A stretch of 64,000 bases of DNA from assembly GCF_056712565.1 (NCBI RefSeq), contig NZ_CM160072.1; one strand, written 5' to 3'. Below the pieces are notes generated by a model, which was not told where the DNA came from, ran no database searches, and worked only from the letters and a program-made list of their open reading frames with translations. The translations under genes were made by a program, and so were the position numbers. Below, piece after piece: positions 10,370 to 22,777 of the stretch; the stretch's first letter is position 1; every line of letters begins with the position of its first letter.

Positions 10370-11362
10370 TTATTCGCGGAACAGCGCTTCGATATTCAGC
10401 CCCTGCGTTTGCAGGATTTCGCGCAAACGGCGCAGGCCTTCAACCTGAATCTGGCGAACACGTTCACGGGTGAGGCCAATTTCACGACCTACATCTTCCA
10501 GTGTTGCCGCTTCGTACCCCAGCAAACCGAATCGACGTGCCAGTACTTCACGCTGTTTGGCGTTCAGCTCGAACAGCCATTTGACGATGCTCTGCTTCAT
10601 ATCGTCATCTTGCGTGGTATCTTCCGGACCATTCTCTTTTTCATCGGCCAGGATGTCCAGCAACGCTTTTTCGGAATCACCACCCAGCGGGGTGTCTACC
10701 GAGGTAATGCGCTCGTTAAGACGAAGCATACGGCTGACGTCATCAACTGGCTTATCCAGTTGCTCTGCGATCTCTTCCGCACTTGGTTCGTGGTCCAGCT
10801 TATGGGACAACTCACGTGCGGTTCGCAGGTAAACGTTCAGCTCCTTTACGATGTGAATCGGCAAACGAATAGTACGGGTTTGGTTCATAATCGCCCGTTC
10901 GATCGTCTGGCGAATCCACCAGGTTGCGTATGTTGAGAAGCGGAAACCACGTTCCGGGTCAAACTTCTCTACCGCGCGGATCAGCCCCAGGTTGCCCTCT
11001 TCGATCAGGTCCAGCAACGCCAGACCACGATTGCCATAACGGCGGGCAATTTTTACCACCAGACGCAAGTTACTCTCGATCATCCGGCGGCGAGAGGCGA
11101 CATCTCCACGCAGTGCGCGACGCGCAAAATAAACTTCTTCTTCGGCCGTTAACAGTGGTGAATAACCAATCTCACCAAGGTAAAGCTGAGTCGCGTCCAG
11201 CACACGCTGTGTGGCTCCCTGCGATAACAGTTCCTCTTCGGCCAAATCGTTATCACTGGGTTCCTCTTCTACTAAGGCCTTTTCGTCAAAAACCTCAACT
11301 CCGTTCTCATCAAATTCCGCATCTTCATTTAAATCATGAACTTTCAGCGTATTCTGACTCAT
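10370..11362 (-). CDS. rpoS: RNA polymerase sigma factor RpoS (sigma-38)
   Basis: Translation beginning [71 protein letters not shown] is RpoS; 330 aa from the internal ATG (the track ORF extends 12 codons upstream). Confidence 0.95.
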   Translation of the reverse strand: MSQNTLKVHDLNEDAEFDENGVEVFDEKALVEEEPSDNDLAEEELLSQGATQRVLDATQLYLGEIGYSPLLTAEEEVYFARRALRGDVASRRRMIESNLRLVVKIARRYGNRGLALLDLIEEGNLGLIRAVEKFDPERGFRFSTYATWWIRQTIERAIMNQTRTIRLPIHIVKELNVYLRTARELSHKLDHEPSAEEIAEQLDKPVDDVSRMLRLNERITSVDTPLGGDSEKALLDILADEKENGPEDTTQDDDMKQSIVKWLFELNAKQREVLARRFGLLGYEAATLEDVGREIGLTRERVRQIQVEGLRRLREILQTQGLNIEALFRE

Positions 11363-11930
11363 AAGGTGGCTCCTACCCGTGATCCCTTGACGGAACATTC
11401 AAGCAAAAGCCTGGTTCCGCCGATTTATCGCTGCGGCAAATAACGCAGCGGGTTTACGGATTTCCCCTTGTAACGAATTTCAAAATGCAAGCGTGTTGAA
11501 CTGGTTCCGGTGCTACCCATGGTTGCTATTTTTTGCCCCGCCTTCACTTCTTGTTGTTCCCGGACCAGCATTGTGTCGTTATGGGCGTAGGCACTCAGGT
11601 AATCATCATTATGTTTGATGATAATCAGATTACCGTAGCCGCGCAGCGCGTTACCGGCATAAACAACGCGGCCATCTGCGGTCGCGATAATTGCCTGTCC
11701 TTTGCTGCCTGCGATATCAATCCCCTTGTTGCCCCCCTCAGAAGCGCCAAAGGTTTCGATCACTTTGCCCTCAGTCGGCCAGCGCCAGGTGGAGATAGGC
11801 GTACTGGTTGATGTACTGCTGACAGTCGGCTCGGTTGTGCTTGCTGTTGGTACCGTTACAGGCGCTGTGACCGTGGTCGCAGTTGGCTTGTTGTTCGGCA
11901 ACATTTTGTTAGCACTCTGTTCACCCGAAG
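11363..11930 (-). promoter_or_regulatory. rpoS long 5' leader/promoter region embedded in nlpD (extent approximate)
   Basis: Established knowledge: the main rpoS promoter lies inside nlpD and yields a long (>500 nt) leader that is the target of sRNA regulation. Boundaries not determined from sequence. Confidence 0.45.
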
Positions 11931-12564
11931 ACTCAGAATACGTAATTGTCGGTTGCGACGCAACAGCAACGGTGGAATTTTGTGCAGGCTTGATCACAAC
12001 TCCTTGCTCTGCTGCGTCGGCCTGGGTAATGGCATTTCCGCCTGTGATTGGCGTACCGGAAGCATTACCCACCTGTAAGGTCTGACCGACGTTCAGCGCG
12101 TATGGTGCCTGAATATTGTTGCGCTGAGCAAGGTCACGGAAATCGTTGCCAGTAATCCAGGCGATATAGAAAAGCGTGTCGCCTTTTTTCACGGTGTATG
12201 TACTGCCGCTATAACTGCCTTTCGGAATGTTCCCATACTGACGGTTGTAGACGATTCGTCCGTTTTCCATCTGTACCGGCTGCTGAGCTACTGGCTGCAC
12301 TGGCTGGATTTGCGGTTGTTGAGTAGCCTGAATTTGTGGCTGCTGTACCGGCTGAATTTGCGGTTGCTGTGCTGTAGACGTCGTTCCCATTTTCGGCGGC
12401 GGCGTAATCAACATACCAGAATTGGTATTTGCAGGCGCATTGCCATTAACGGAGCTGACCGGTGCCGGTGGATTTGAAGTGTCAGAACAGCCTGCCAGCC
12501 ATAGCGAAACCAGTGACAATGCCGCAATGCGGCGAACGGTGAATTTTGGGCTTCCCGCGCTCAT
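11425..12564 (-). CDS. nlpD: Murein hydrolase activator lipoprotein NlpD (LysM + M23 peptidase domains)
   Basis: 379-aa ORF with lipoprotein signal (LWLAGCS), Q/P-rich repeat linker and C-terminal M23 peptidase domain; immediately upstream of rpoS. Confidence 0.93.
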   Translation of the reverse strand: MSAGSPKFTVRRIAALSLVSLWLAGCSDTSNPPAPVSSVNGNAPANTNSGMLITPPPKMGTTSTAQQPQIQPVQQPQIQATQQPQIQPVQPVAQQPVQMENGRIVYNRQYGNIPKGSYSGSTYTVKKGDTLFYIAWITGNDFRDLAQRNNIQAPYALNVGQTLQVGNASGTPITGGNAITQADAAEQGVVIKPAQNSTVAVASQPTITYSESSGEQSANKMLPNNKPTATTVTAPVTVPTASTTEPTVSSTSTSTPISTWRWPTEGKVIETFGASEGGNKGIDIAGSKGQAIIATADGRVVYAGNALRGYGNLIIIKHNDDYLSAYAHNDTMLVREQQEVKAGQKIATMGSTGTSSTRLHFEIRYKGKSVNPLRYLPQR

Positions 12565-12703
12565 TTATCCCCCAGGAAAAATTGGTTAATAACCAGTGAC
12601 ATAATTACCGTGCAAGGCACCATACTGAACACTGGAAAAGATGTTCACGATACGCTGACTTGCGGCAAAATAACCAGGAAAAATCCAGGTATTTCCTCAC
12701 GTT

Positions 12704-14065
<1,362 letters not shown>

Positions 14066-14085
<20 letters not shown>

Positions 14086-15115
14086 AATCACCTGTTGTGT
14101 TGATAAGTTCCCTGACAACGCTGGTTGCAAAACTTCCCGCCGGAAGCCAGAAATGGATTTCTACGGTGACGTCATCCCACCAGTTCCAGCTTAATTGTTG
14201 CGGATACAGCAGCATCGCTCTGCGCGCGGCTTCAACTTTTTCGCGCACCAGTAAGGTTTGTAATTCAGTTTCTTCGGCGACAGCTGCTTGTTCGAATGCC
14301 AGCGCTTCACGCTGAGTTCCCCATTCGCCACTGCCCGGCAATGCGGCGGTTATCATCAGCTCTTTATCGTTGACGCGACGCTGTAATTCCGCCAGTTCTT
14401 CGGTGGTTGCGACAAACCAGCTACCACGTCCGGCTAATTGTAGCGCATCGCCGTCAACAACTTGATTAACGTCTGCTTTTTTGAGGCGCTCAGCAACAAT
14501 CTGATTAAACAACGCACTGCGGGCTGCCGACAACCAAAAACTCCGTTTATTGCGATCGCGCACCGGAGTATTGGTTTGCGCCCAGCGCAGCGCACCCTGC
14601 AAGTTGCTACCGCCAATCCCAAAACGTTGGGCACCGAAGTAGTTCGGTACACCTTTTACGCAAATGTCGATCAGACGTTGTTCAACGTCATCGCGATTGC
14701 TCACTTCGCGTAGTACCAGGGTAAAGGCGTTACCTTTCAGCGCCCCTAAACGCAGCTTGCGCTTGTGCCGCGCATACTCCAGCACCTGGCAGCCTTCCAG
14801 TTGAAAGGCGCTCAGATCGGGCATCTCTTTGCCCGGCACGCGAGCGCATAACCACTGTTCCGTAACAGCATGTTTATCTTTTTGCCCAGCGAAGCTGACT
14901 TCACGGGCATGAATTTTCAGGAATTTCGCCAGTGCATCCGCCACAAAACGGGTATTGCAGCCGTTTTTGAGGATTCTAACCAGAATATGCTCACCTTCAC
15001 CATCAGGCTCAAAGCCCAAATCTTCCACCACCACAAAGTCTTCCGGATTGGCTTTCAGCAGCCCGGTGCCTTGCGGTTTACCGTGGAGGTAAGTGAGATT
15101 ATCAAACTCAATCAT
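14066..15115 (-). CDS. truD: tRNA pseudouridine(13) synthase TruD
   Basis: 349-aa [19 protein letters not shown]...; gene order surE-truD-ispF-ispD as in E. coli. Confidence 0.9.
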
Positions 15116-15591
15116 TTTGTTGCCTTAATGAGTAGCGCCACCGCTTCACAGGCAATCCCTTCCCCACGTCCGGTAAATCCCAGTTTTTCCGTAGTAGTGG
15201 CTTTCACGTTAACATCATCCATATGGCAGCCGAGATCTTCGGCAATAAACACGCGCATTTGTGGGATATGCGGCAGCATCCTCGGTGCCTGAGCGATGAT
15301 AGTGACATCGACGTTGCCGAGGGCATAACCTTTCGCCTGAATACGACGCCAGGCTTCGCGCAACAGCTCGCGGCTGTCGGCACCTTTAAATGTCGGATCG
15401 GTATCCGGGAACAGCTTGCCTATATCTCCCAGCGCCGCCGCGCCAAGCAATGCATCGGTCAACGCATGGAGCGCCACGTCGCCATCAGAATGCGCCAGCA
15501 GCCCTTTTTCGTAAGGAATGCGTACGCCACCAATGATAATTGGGCCTTCACCGCCAAAGGCGTGTACGTCAAAACCGTGTCCAATTCGCAT
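15112..15591 (-). CDS. ispF: 2-C-methyl-D-erythritol 2,4-cyclodiphosphate synthase
   Basis: 159-aa [47 protein letters not shown], the canonical IspF sequence. Confidence 0.95.
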   Translation of the reverse strand: MRIGHGFDVHAFGGEGPIIIGGVRIPYEKGLLAHSDGDVALHALTDALLGAAALGDIGKLFPDTDPTFKGADSRELLREAWRRIQAKGYALGNVDVTIIAQAPRMLPHIPQMRVFIAEDLGCHMDDVNVKATTTEKLGFTGRGEGIACEAVALLIKATK

Positions 15592-16301
15592 TATGTATTC
15601 TCCTGATGGATGGTTCGGGTGAGGTAAAATTCGGCCAGCGCCAAATCCTCCGGGCGCGTTACCTTGATGTTATCCGCGCGGCCTTCAACAAGTTGCGGAT
15701 GAAAACCGCAATATTCCAGCGCCGAGGCTTCGTCGGTAATGGTAGCGCCTTCATTTAGAGCGCGCGTCAGGCAGTCATGTAACAGCTCACGAGGGAAAAA
15801 TTGCGGCGTCAGCGCGTGCCATAAGCCGTTGCGATCAACGGTATGAGCAATGGCATTTTTGCCCGGTTCGGCACGTTTCATCGTATCGCGCACCGGCGCA
15901 GCGAGGATCCCTCCCGTGCGGCTGGTTTCGCTCAACGCCAACAATCGCGCGAGGTCATCCTGATGCAGACAAGGACGAGCGGCGTCATGCACCAATACCC
16001 ACTGCGCGTCGCCAGCGGCTTTCAGACCTGCCAGCACGGAATCGGCACGCTCTTCACCACCATCAACAACCGTGATTCGTGGATGATTCGCCAGAGGAAG
16101 TTGTGCAAAGCGGCTATCGCCAGGACTTATGGCAATGACGACACGTTTCACCCTGGGATGCGCCAGCAGCGCATGCACCGAGTGTTCAAGAATGGTTTGA
16201 TTACCGATTGAGAGATATTGCTTAGGACATTCCGTTTGCATTCGGCGGCCAAATCCGGCCGCCGGAACCACGGCGCAAACATCCAAATGAGTGGTTGCCA
16301 T
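15591..16301 (-). CDS. ispD: 2-C-methyl-D-erythritol 4-phosphate cytidylyltransferase
   Basis: 236-aa ORF with IspD nucleotidyltransferase motif ([10 protein letters not shown]); start overlaps ispF region. Confidence 0.95.
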
Positions 16302-16319
16302 GTTAATTCCCGGGCTGAT

Positions 16320-16631
16320 TTATCGATTATTTTGCCCCGCAGACTGTGCGCGCTTTGACGCGTCAGGCACCAGACGATAAAACGTTTCGCCCGGCCTGGT
16401 CATGCTGAGTTCATTACGCGCACGCTCTTCGAGCGCCTCCTGGCCGCCATTGAGATCGTCAATTTCGGCAAAAAGCTGATCGTTTCGCGCTTTAAGTTTC
16501 GCGTTTGTAGCTTGCTGTGCCGCCACATCATTATTGACGCGAGTATAGTCATGTATACCGTTCTTACCGAACCACAGCGAATACTGTAGCCAGACCAGAA
16601 TAGCCAGCAACAGCAGCGTTAGTTTACCCAT
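16320..16631 (-). CDS. ftsB: Cell division protein FtsB
   Basis: 103-aa ORF with N-terminal TM helix and coiled coil ([25 protein letters not shown]). Confidence 0.9.
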
Positions 16632-16823
16632 CCTGCCCCCTGAAAAACGGCATCTTCATCCCATGCATCCGAAGACGACTCTACATCCTCTGTTGGGGAT
16701 ACCGCGACAACGCGGGCAAATGTACCACATTTGTCCATTGTTACGTATACCCAGGGCGTGCAGAACATAATCTCATTATTAGTTACGGATTGAATTATGA
16801 ACAGAATAGAGAGGAAAGAACAA

Positions 16824-17147
16824 TTAACCCAGTAGCCACATAAACAGCGCACCAAACATAATGCCAACCGTCGCCAGAGTGAAAACAATACTGTAGCGTA
16901 GCTTTCCGTCCATCAATGAATGCAGTGCAATCCCCACCACTACAGCGACGGGCATCAGCGCCAGAAAGAAAGGCCAGGTGTAGATAAAAAAGAGCAGCGT
17001 GTTAGAGCCATAAATCAACATCGGAATTGCCAACGCGCACAGCCACGATAAAAAACCAACCACAGCGCCAGGCAGCGACCATGTGGTGTCTTCAACCTCA
17101 GTAAGGCTGTCGTTATTTGTTAATGTAATGTTGTGGCTGTTACGCAT
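16824..17147 (-). CDS. ygbE: Inner membrane protein YgbE (DUF3561)
   Basis: 107-aa hydrophobic ORF between ftsB and cysC, matching the K-12 order. Confidence 0.75.
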   Translation of the reverse strand: MRNSHNITLTNNDSLTEVEDTTWSLPGAVVGFLSWLCALAIPMLIYGSNTLLFFIYTWPFFLALMPVAVVVGIALHSLMDGKLRYSIVFTLATVGIMFGALFMWLLG

Positions 17148-17196
17148 ATCTGATCCTGTTACTTTGACGAACCGGGCATGAAAACCCGGTGGTGTC

Positions 17197-17802
17197 TCAG
17201 GATCTGATAATATCGTTCTGTCTCAACAGATCTAATAATTGCTGTACCAAATTTGTTACTAATTGTTCACCATTGAGATGAATTTCTGCCGATTCAGGCG
17301 CTTCGTAAACGGAATCTATTCCCGTAAAGTTGCGCAGTTCACCGGCACGCGCTTTCTTATATAAACCTTTTGGATCGCGGGCTTCGCAAATCGCCAGCGG
17401 CGTATCGACAAACACTTCGATAAAGCGCCCTTCTCCTACGCGTTCGCGAACCATCTGGCGTTCGGCGCGGTGTGGCGAGATAAATGCGGTCAGCACCACC
17501 AGTCCGGCTTCAACCATCAAATTCGCCACTTCACCGACGCGACGGATATTCTCTTTACGGTCGGCATCGCTAAAACCGAGATCGCTGCATAATCCGTGGC
17601 GAACGTTGTCGCCATCCAGCAGATACGTACTGACGCCAAGTTTATGTAACGCCTCCTCCAGCGCCCCCGCGACGGTTGATTTACCGGAACCAGAGAGGCC
17701 GGTAAACCACAGCACAACACCACGATGACCGTGGTGCTGTTCGCGTTGTTGCGGAGTTACTGGGTGGCTATGCCAGACGACGTTTTCGTCATGCAGAGCC
17801 AT
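17197..17802 (-). CDS. cysC: Adenylyl-sulfate (APS) kinase
   Basis: 201-aa ORF with P-loop (GLSGSGKST), canonical CysC. Confidence 0.95.
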   Translation of the reverse strand: MALHDENVVWHSHPVTPQQREQHHGHRGVVLWFTGLSGSGKSTVAGALEEALHKLGVSTYLLDGDNVRHGLCSDLGFSDADRKENIRRVGEVANLMVEAGLVVLTAFISPHRAERQMVRERVGEGRFIEVFVDTPLAICEARDPKGLYKKARAGELRNFTGIDSVYEAPESAEIHLNGEQLVTNLVQQLLDLLRQNDIIRS

Positions 17803-19229
17803 TATTTATCTCCCAGTAAATCGCGCGCACCCCAATGCGGGAAATGGCGGCGAACCAGGGCATTCAATTCCAGTTCGAATGCACTGAATTCAGATGGCGC
17901 AGCAGTTGCCTGGCTAACTGGTTCGTGCACCATACCGGCACCTACGGTCACATTACTCAGGCGATCGATAAAAATCAGCCCACCGGTAACCGGGTTTTGC
18001 TGATAACGATCTAACACCAGTGGCTCGTCAAAGGTGAGATCTACCAGGCCGATGCCGTTCAGCGGCAGGTTTTCAACTTCGCGTTGGGTAAGGTTATTGA
18101 TATCAACCTGATAATGAATGCCATCAACACGAGCACGCGTCTTCTTACCGGCAATTTTGATGTCGTAACTCTGGCCCGGGGAAAGCGGCTGTTCCGCCAT
18201 CCATACCACATCCACCGACGCGCTCTGCACAGCCGGTAACGCTTCGTCTGCCGCCAGCAGCAGATCGCCACGGCTGATGTCGATCTCATCCGTCAGCACC
18301 AGGGTGATCGCTTCTCCGGCAAAGGCTTCTTCGCGATCGCCATCAAAGGTCACGATCCGCGCGACGTTTGATTCCACACCAGAGGGCAGCACTTTGACAC
18401 GTTGCCCGACTTCCACACGACCGGATGCCAGCGTTCCGGCGTAGCCACGAAAATCGAGATTCGGACGGTTAACGTACTGCACCGGGAAGCGCATTGGCTG
18501 AGCATCCACCACTCGCTGGATCTCCACGGTTTCCAGCACTTCTAGCAGTGTCGGACCGCTGTACCACGGCATACTTTCACTTTGCGAAGCCACGTTGTCG
18601 CCTTCCAGTGCGGAGAGCGGCACAAAGCGGATATCCAGATTACCCGGCAGCTGCCCGGCAAAAGTCAGATAATCTTCACGAATACGGGTGAACGTCTCTT
18701 CACTGTAATCCACCAGATCCATTTTGTTGATCGCCACGACCAGATGTTTGATCCCCAACAGTGTGGAGATAAAACTGTGACGACGGGTTTGATCGAGCAC
18801 GCCTTTACGGGCATCGATCAGTAAGATCGCCAGTTCACATGTCGATGCGCCAGTCGCCATATTGCGGGTGTACTGCTCGTGCCCTGGGGTGTCGGCGATA
18901 ATAAATTTACGCTTCTCGGTAGAGAAATAGCGGTAGGCCACATCAATAGTGATGCCCTGTTCGCGCTCAGCTTGCAGGCCGTCCACCAGCAGTGCCAGAT
19001 CCAGCTTTTCGCCCTGGGTGCCGTGACGCTTACTGTCGTTATGCAGCGATGAGAGCTGATCTTCGTAGATTTGGCGGGTATCGTGCAGCAGGCGACCAAT
19101 CAGGGTACTTTTGCCGTCATCGACGCTACCACAGGTCAGAAAACGCAGCAGGCTTTTATGTTGTTGCGCAATCATCCAGGCTTCGACGCCGCCTTCATTG
19201 GCGATTTGTTGTGCAAGTGCGGTGTTCAT
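17802..19229 (-). CDS. cysN: Sulfate adenylyltransferase subunit 1 (GTPase)
   Basis: 475-aa ORF with EF-Tu-like GTPase motifs ([18 protein letters not shown]). Confidence 0.95.
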   Translation of the reverse strand: MNTALAQQIANEGGVEAWMIAQQHKSLLRFLTCGSVDDGKSTLIGRLLHDTRQIYEDQLSSLHNDSKRHGTQGEKLDLALLVDGLQAEREQGITIDVAYRYFSTEKRKFIIADTPGHEQYTRNMATGASTCELAILLIDARKGVLDQTRRHSFISTLLGIKHLVVAINKMDLVDYSEETFTRIREDYLTFAGQLPGNLDIRFVPLSALEGDNVASQSESMPWYSGPTLLEVLETVEIQRVVDAQPMRFPVQYVNRPNLDFRGYAGTLASGRVEVGQRVKVLPSGVESNVARIVTFDGDREEAFAGEAITLVLTDEIDISRGDLLLAADEALPAVQSASVDVVWMAEQPLSPGQSYDIKIAGKKTRARVDGIHYQVDINNLTQREVENLPLNGIGLVDLTFDEPLVLDRYQQNPVTGGLIFIDRLSNVTVGAGMVHEPVSQATAAPSEFSAFELELNALVRRHFPHWGARDLLGDK

Positions 19230-19230
19230 C

Positions 19231-20139
19231 TTAAAAATACCCCTGACGTTTTTTCAGCTCCATAGACCCCGCCTGGTCGCGGTCAATTACGCGGCCCTGA
19301 CGTTCACTGGTGGTGGAAACCAGCATCTCTTCGATGATCTCCGGCAGTGTTTGCGCATTTGACTCCACCGCGCCGGTCAGCGGCCAACAGCCCAGTGTGC
19401 GGAAACGCACCATCCGTTTTTTAATCACTTCGCCCGATTGCAGGTTGATACGGTTGTCATCAATCATCATCAGCATACCGTCGCGTTCCAGAACCGGACG
19501 TTCCGCAGCGAGATACAGCGGAACAATGTCGATATTTTCCAGCCAGATGTATTGCCAGATATCCTGCTCGGTCCAGTTTGAGAGCGGGAAGACGCGGATG
19601 CTTTCGCCTTTGTTAATTTGCCCGTTGTAGTTGTGCCACAGCTCCGGGCGCTGATTTTTCGGATCCCAGCGATGGAAGCGGTCACGGAAAGAGTAGATTC
19701 GCTCTTTAGCGCGGGATTTCTCTTCGTCACGGCGCGCACCACCGAAGGCGGCATCAAAACCGTATTTGTTCAGCGCCTGTTTCAGGCCTTCAGTTTTCAT
19801 AATATCGGTATGTTTCGCGCTGCCGTGTACGAATGGATTAATCCCCATCGCCACGCCTTCCGGGTTTTTATGCACCAGCAGCTCGCAGCCGTAGGCTTTC
19901 GCCGTACGATCGCGGAACTCATACATCTCGCGGAATTTCCAGCCGGTATCGACATGCAGCAACGGGAAAGGCAGCGTACCTGGATAAAACGCCTTGCGCG
20001 CCAGATGCAGCATGACGCTGGAATCTTTACCGATAGAGTAGAGCATCACCGGATTTGAGAATTCTGCAGCCACCTCGCGAATAATGTGGATGCTTTCCGC
20101 CTCCAGTTGCCGCAGGTGGGTAAGTCGTTTTTGATCCAT
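19231..20139 (-). CDS. cysD: Sulfate adenylyltransferase subunit 2
   Basis: 302-aa [30 protein letters not shown]..., PAPS-reductase-like fold; cysDNC operon order. Confidence 0.95.
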   Translation of the reverse strand: MDQKRLTHLRQLEAESIHIIREVAAEFSNPVMLYSIGKDSSVMLHLARKAFYPGTLPFPLLHVDTGWKFREMYEFRDRTAKAYGCELLVHKNPEGVAMGINPFVHGSAKHTDIMKTEGLKQALNKYGFDAAFGGARRDEEKSRAKERIYSFRDRFHRWDPKNQRPELWHNYNGQINKGESIRVFPLSNWTEQDIWQYIWLENIDIVPLYLAAERPVLERDGMLMMIDDNRINLQSGEVIKKRMVRFRTLGCWPLTGAVESNAQTLPEIIEEMLVSTTSERQGRVIDRDQAGSMELKKRQGYF

Positions 20140-20390
20140 AACCGTTCCTTTGCAATACCGCTATTTTCTTGCCATCAGATGTTTCGACTATAGGGAGCGT
20201 AAGAGAACGAATGAAATTACCAATTAGAATGAGTAGTTCCTTAACGGAATAACGATTTGGCAAAGCTAATATCAAAAAGTGCTTAAGGCACCGGATTTCG
20301 GGCGTTTAGGAAGATTTGAAATTGTTTTAGCGCAGCAGCAGTTTCATACTATGGCGGTAAAAAAATTTGCATGGTATTTAAGGACTCACT

Positions 20391-21428
20391 ATGTTTTCCG
20401 CATTGCGCCACCGTACCGCTGCCCTGGCGCTCGGCGTATGCTTTATTCTCCCCGTACACGCCTCGTCACCTAAACCTGGCGATTTTGCTAATACCCAGGC
20501 ACGACATATTGCTACTTTCTTTCCGGGACGCATGACCGGAACTCCTGCAGAAATGTTATCTGCCGATTATATTCGCCAACAGTTTCAGCAAATGGGTTAT
20601 CGCAGTGATGTTCGGACATTTAATAGTCGGTATATTTATACCGCCCGCGATAATCGCAAGAGCTGGCATAACGTGACGGGAAGTACGGTGATTGCCGCTC
20701 ATGAAGGCAAAGCGCCGCAGCAGATCATCATTATGGCGCATCTGGATACTTACGCCCCGCTGAGCGATGCTGACGCCGATGCCAATCTCGGCGGGCTAAC
20801 GTTACAAGGAATGGATGATAACGCCGCAGGTTTAGGTGTCATGCTGGAACTGGCTGAACACCTGAAAAATACGCCTACCGAGTATGGTATTCGATTTGTG
20901 GCGACCAGCGGCGAAGAGGAAGGAAAATTAGGCGCTGAGAATTTACTCAAGCGGATGAGTGACACCGAAAAGAAAAATACGCTGCTGGTGATTAATCTCG
21001 ATAACTTAATTGTTGGCGATAAGCTGTATTTCAACAGTGGCGTAAACACACCTGAAGCAGTAAGGAAATTAACGCGCGACCGGGCGCTGGCAATTGCCCG
21101 CAGCCATGGAATTGCCGCCACCACAAATCCAGGTTTGAATAAAAACTATCCGAAAGGCACCGGGTGTTGTAATGACGCAGAAATATTCGACAAAGCCGGT
21201 ATTGCTGTACTTTCGGTGGAAGCGACTAACTGGAATCTTGGCAATAAGGATGGTTATCAGCAACGCGCAAAAACAGCCGCATTCCCTGCGGGAAATAGCT
21301 GGCATGACGTAAGACTGGATAATCAACAGCATATTGATAAGGCACTTCCTGGAAGAATAGAACGTCGCTGCCGTGATGTTATGCGGATAATGCTACCGTT
21401 GGTGAAGGAGCTGGCGAAGGCATCTTAA
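20391..21428 (+). CDS. iap: Alkaline phosphatase isozyme conversion aminopeptidase
   Basis: 345-aa ORF with signal peptide and M28-peptidase-like core; divergent from cysD as in E. coli. Confidence 0.9.
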   Translation: MFSALRHRTAALALGVCFILPVHASSPKPGDFANTQARHIATFFPGRMTGTPAEMLSADYIRQQFQQMGYRSDVRTFNSRYIYTARDNRKSWHNVTGSTVIAAHEGKAPQQIIIMAHLDTYAPLSDADADANLGGLTLQGMDDNAAGLGVMLELAEHLKNTPTEYGIRFVATSGEEEGKLGAENLLKRMSDTEKKNTLLVINLDNLIVGDKLYFNSGVNTPEAVRKLTRDRALAIARSHGIAATTNPGLNKNYPKGTGCCNDAEIFDKAGIAVLSVEATNWNLGNKDGYQQRAKTAAFPAGNSWHDVRLDNQQHIDKALPGRIERRCRDVMRIMLPLVKELAKAS

Positions 21429-21552
21429 TGGGTTTGAAATGATTACTCCCTTGCCTGCAGGAAATCAATGCCACCAGAAACAGAGTATAAAAAAGGGTGC
21501 AGGAGACCAAACCATCACAATTCAGTACGCGGGGTTTTACCCCGCGTGGTGG

Positions 21553-21705
21553 CTACTTCTTCGATTCGTAAGCGAGAACTGCCTTAAACTCCATACCACG
21601 TTCTCTGATACTCAACTCACACAACGAGTCGCCTACCATCAACGTGAATCCCAGTACTGTACAACACAGTACGATGATTGCCACAAGGGCATATTTTGTC
21701 AGCAT
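21553..21705 (-). CDS. Hok/Gef-family type I toxin (small membrane peptide), HokE-like
   Basis: Translated by hand from the minus strand: [50 protein letters not shown] (50 aa, ATG to TAG). Hok-family hallmarks: N-terminal TM helix, conserved SLCE motif and C-terminal AYE(S/P)K. GGGAGG Shine-Dalgarno 7 nt upstream. Below the 60-aa cutoff, so absent from the track. Confidence 0.8.
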   Translation of the reverse strand: MLTKYALVAIIVLCCTVLGFTLMVGDSLCELSIRERGMEFKAVLAYESKK

Positions 21706-21969
21706 GTCTTGCCTCCCTGCAAAGAAGAGACTAACATCCGAATTGCTTAGGTTCGAACGTAGGCCTCAGGTTGATAGAAATATCGCCTGGGGCTTTTGTC
21801 CATCTGGAACCTCGCGAATGCTTAACGCCAGACAGCCTCAAGCACCCAATGCCATTCTATACCTGTTAATTCTCCCTGCGACGTTCTCGTTTAAATGCCG
21901 GAATGCTGCTCGCAAAATAAAAACGCCCCCATCATTTCTGACAGAGGCGTTTAATTTATCCGGCAATAT

Positions 21970-22704
21970 TTACCCTTCGTGTAATCCACATTCCCTTTTT
22001 AAGCCAAAGAAACGCGTTTCTTCTTCCGCCATGCCGGGTTCCCATTTACGGGTTGTATGGGTATCGCCCACCGATAAATATCCTTCATCCCATAATGGGT
22101 GATATTTCAGGCCATGTTTTTGCAGGTACTGATAAATAGTTCGGTTATCCCAGTCGATAATCGGCAGCACTTTAAATACGCCACGCTGAATTGCCAGCAC
22201 CGGTAAATTGGCGCGGCTGCCGGATTGTTCACGGCGCAGGCCAGCAAACCAGGTTTGCACATTCAGTTCTTTCAGCGCCCGGTTCATCGGTTCGACTTTG
22301 TTGATGTCATTGTACTTTTCAATGCCTTCAACGCCCTGCTCCCACAGTTTGCCGTAGCGTGCTTCCTGCCAGGCGGCGCTTTCGGTAGCACGGTACACTT
22401 TCAGGTTGAGCTTGAGTTTATCCGTTAACTCGTCAATAAAGCGGTAGGTTTCCGGGAACAGATAGCCGGTATCGGTGAGGATCACTGGAATATCCGGGCG
22501 AATCTGATTCACCAGATGCAGACTCACCGCCGCCTGAATGCCAAAGCTGGAAGAAAGTACATATTCACCGGGCAGATTATCCAGCGCCCAGGCTACGCGG
22601 CCTTCAGCGTCCAGTTTTTCCAGTTGGGCGTTAGTTTCCGCCAGCGCCAGAATCCGGTCTACCTTTGGCAGTTCGTTCAGGGCGTTTAGATCGAGTTTGG
22701 ACAT
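21970..22704 (-). CDS. cysH: Phosphoadenosine phosphosulfate (PAPS) reductase
   Basis: Start placed at [23 protein letters not shown]... (244 aa); C-terminal ECGLH motif; followed by cysI and cysJ. Confidence 0.93.
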   Translation of the reverse strand: MSKLDLNALNELPKVDRILALAETNAQLEKLDAEGRVAWALDNLPGEYVLSSSFGIQAAVSLHLVNQIRPDIPVILTDTGYLFPETYRFIDELTDKLKLNLKVYRATESAAWQEARYGKLWEQGVEGIEKYNDINKVEPMNRALKELNVQTWFAGLRREQSGSRANLPVLAIQRGVFKVLPIIDWDNRTIYQYLQKHGLKYHPLWDEGYLSVGDTHTTRKWEPGMAEEETRFFGLKRECGLHEG

Positions 22705-22723
22705 AAGTTCCTCACTGTTTGCC

Positions 22724-22765
22724 TTGCCTGATGCAACGCTTACACATCTTATCAGGCCTACAAGA
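22724..22765. repeat. REP-like palindromic element in the cysI–cysH spacer
   Basis: Sequence gcctgatgcaacgct...tcttatcaggcctacaag resembles E. coli REP units (compare the element near 29200..29270). Coordinates approximate. Confidence 0.45.
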
Positions 22766-22777
22766 CCGGGCTGATGG

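Noticed and set aside
16619-16888. 89-aa minus-strand ORF between ftsB and ygbE
   Set aside because: It overlaps the ftsB start and the ygbE end in a different frame and has no recognisable features; likely spurious.
21429-21969. Searched for residual type I-E CRISPR repeats or cas fragments at the iap–cysH junction
   Set aside because: No sequence resembling cggtttatccccgctggcgcggggaactc or its complement was found by eye; the only repeat-like structure is a short GC hairpin next to hok.
21439-22102. + strand ORFs of 103 aa (21439..21750) and 152 aa (21644..22102) in the iap–cysH gap
   Set aside because: The 103-aa ORF is the mirror frame of the minus-strand hok gene, which has clear family signatures and an SD; the 152-aa ORF runs antisense into cysH. 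Neither has recognisable protein features.
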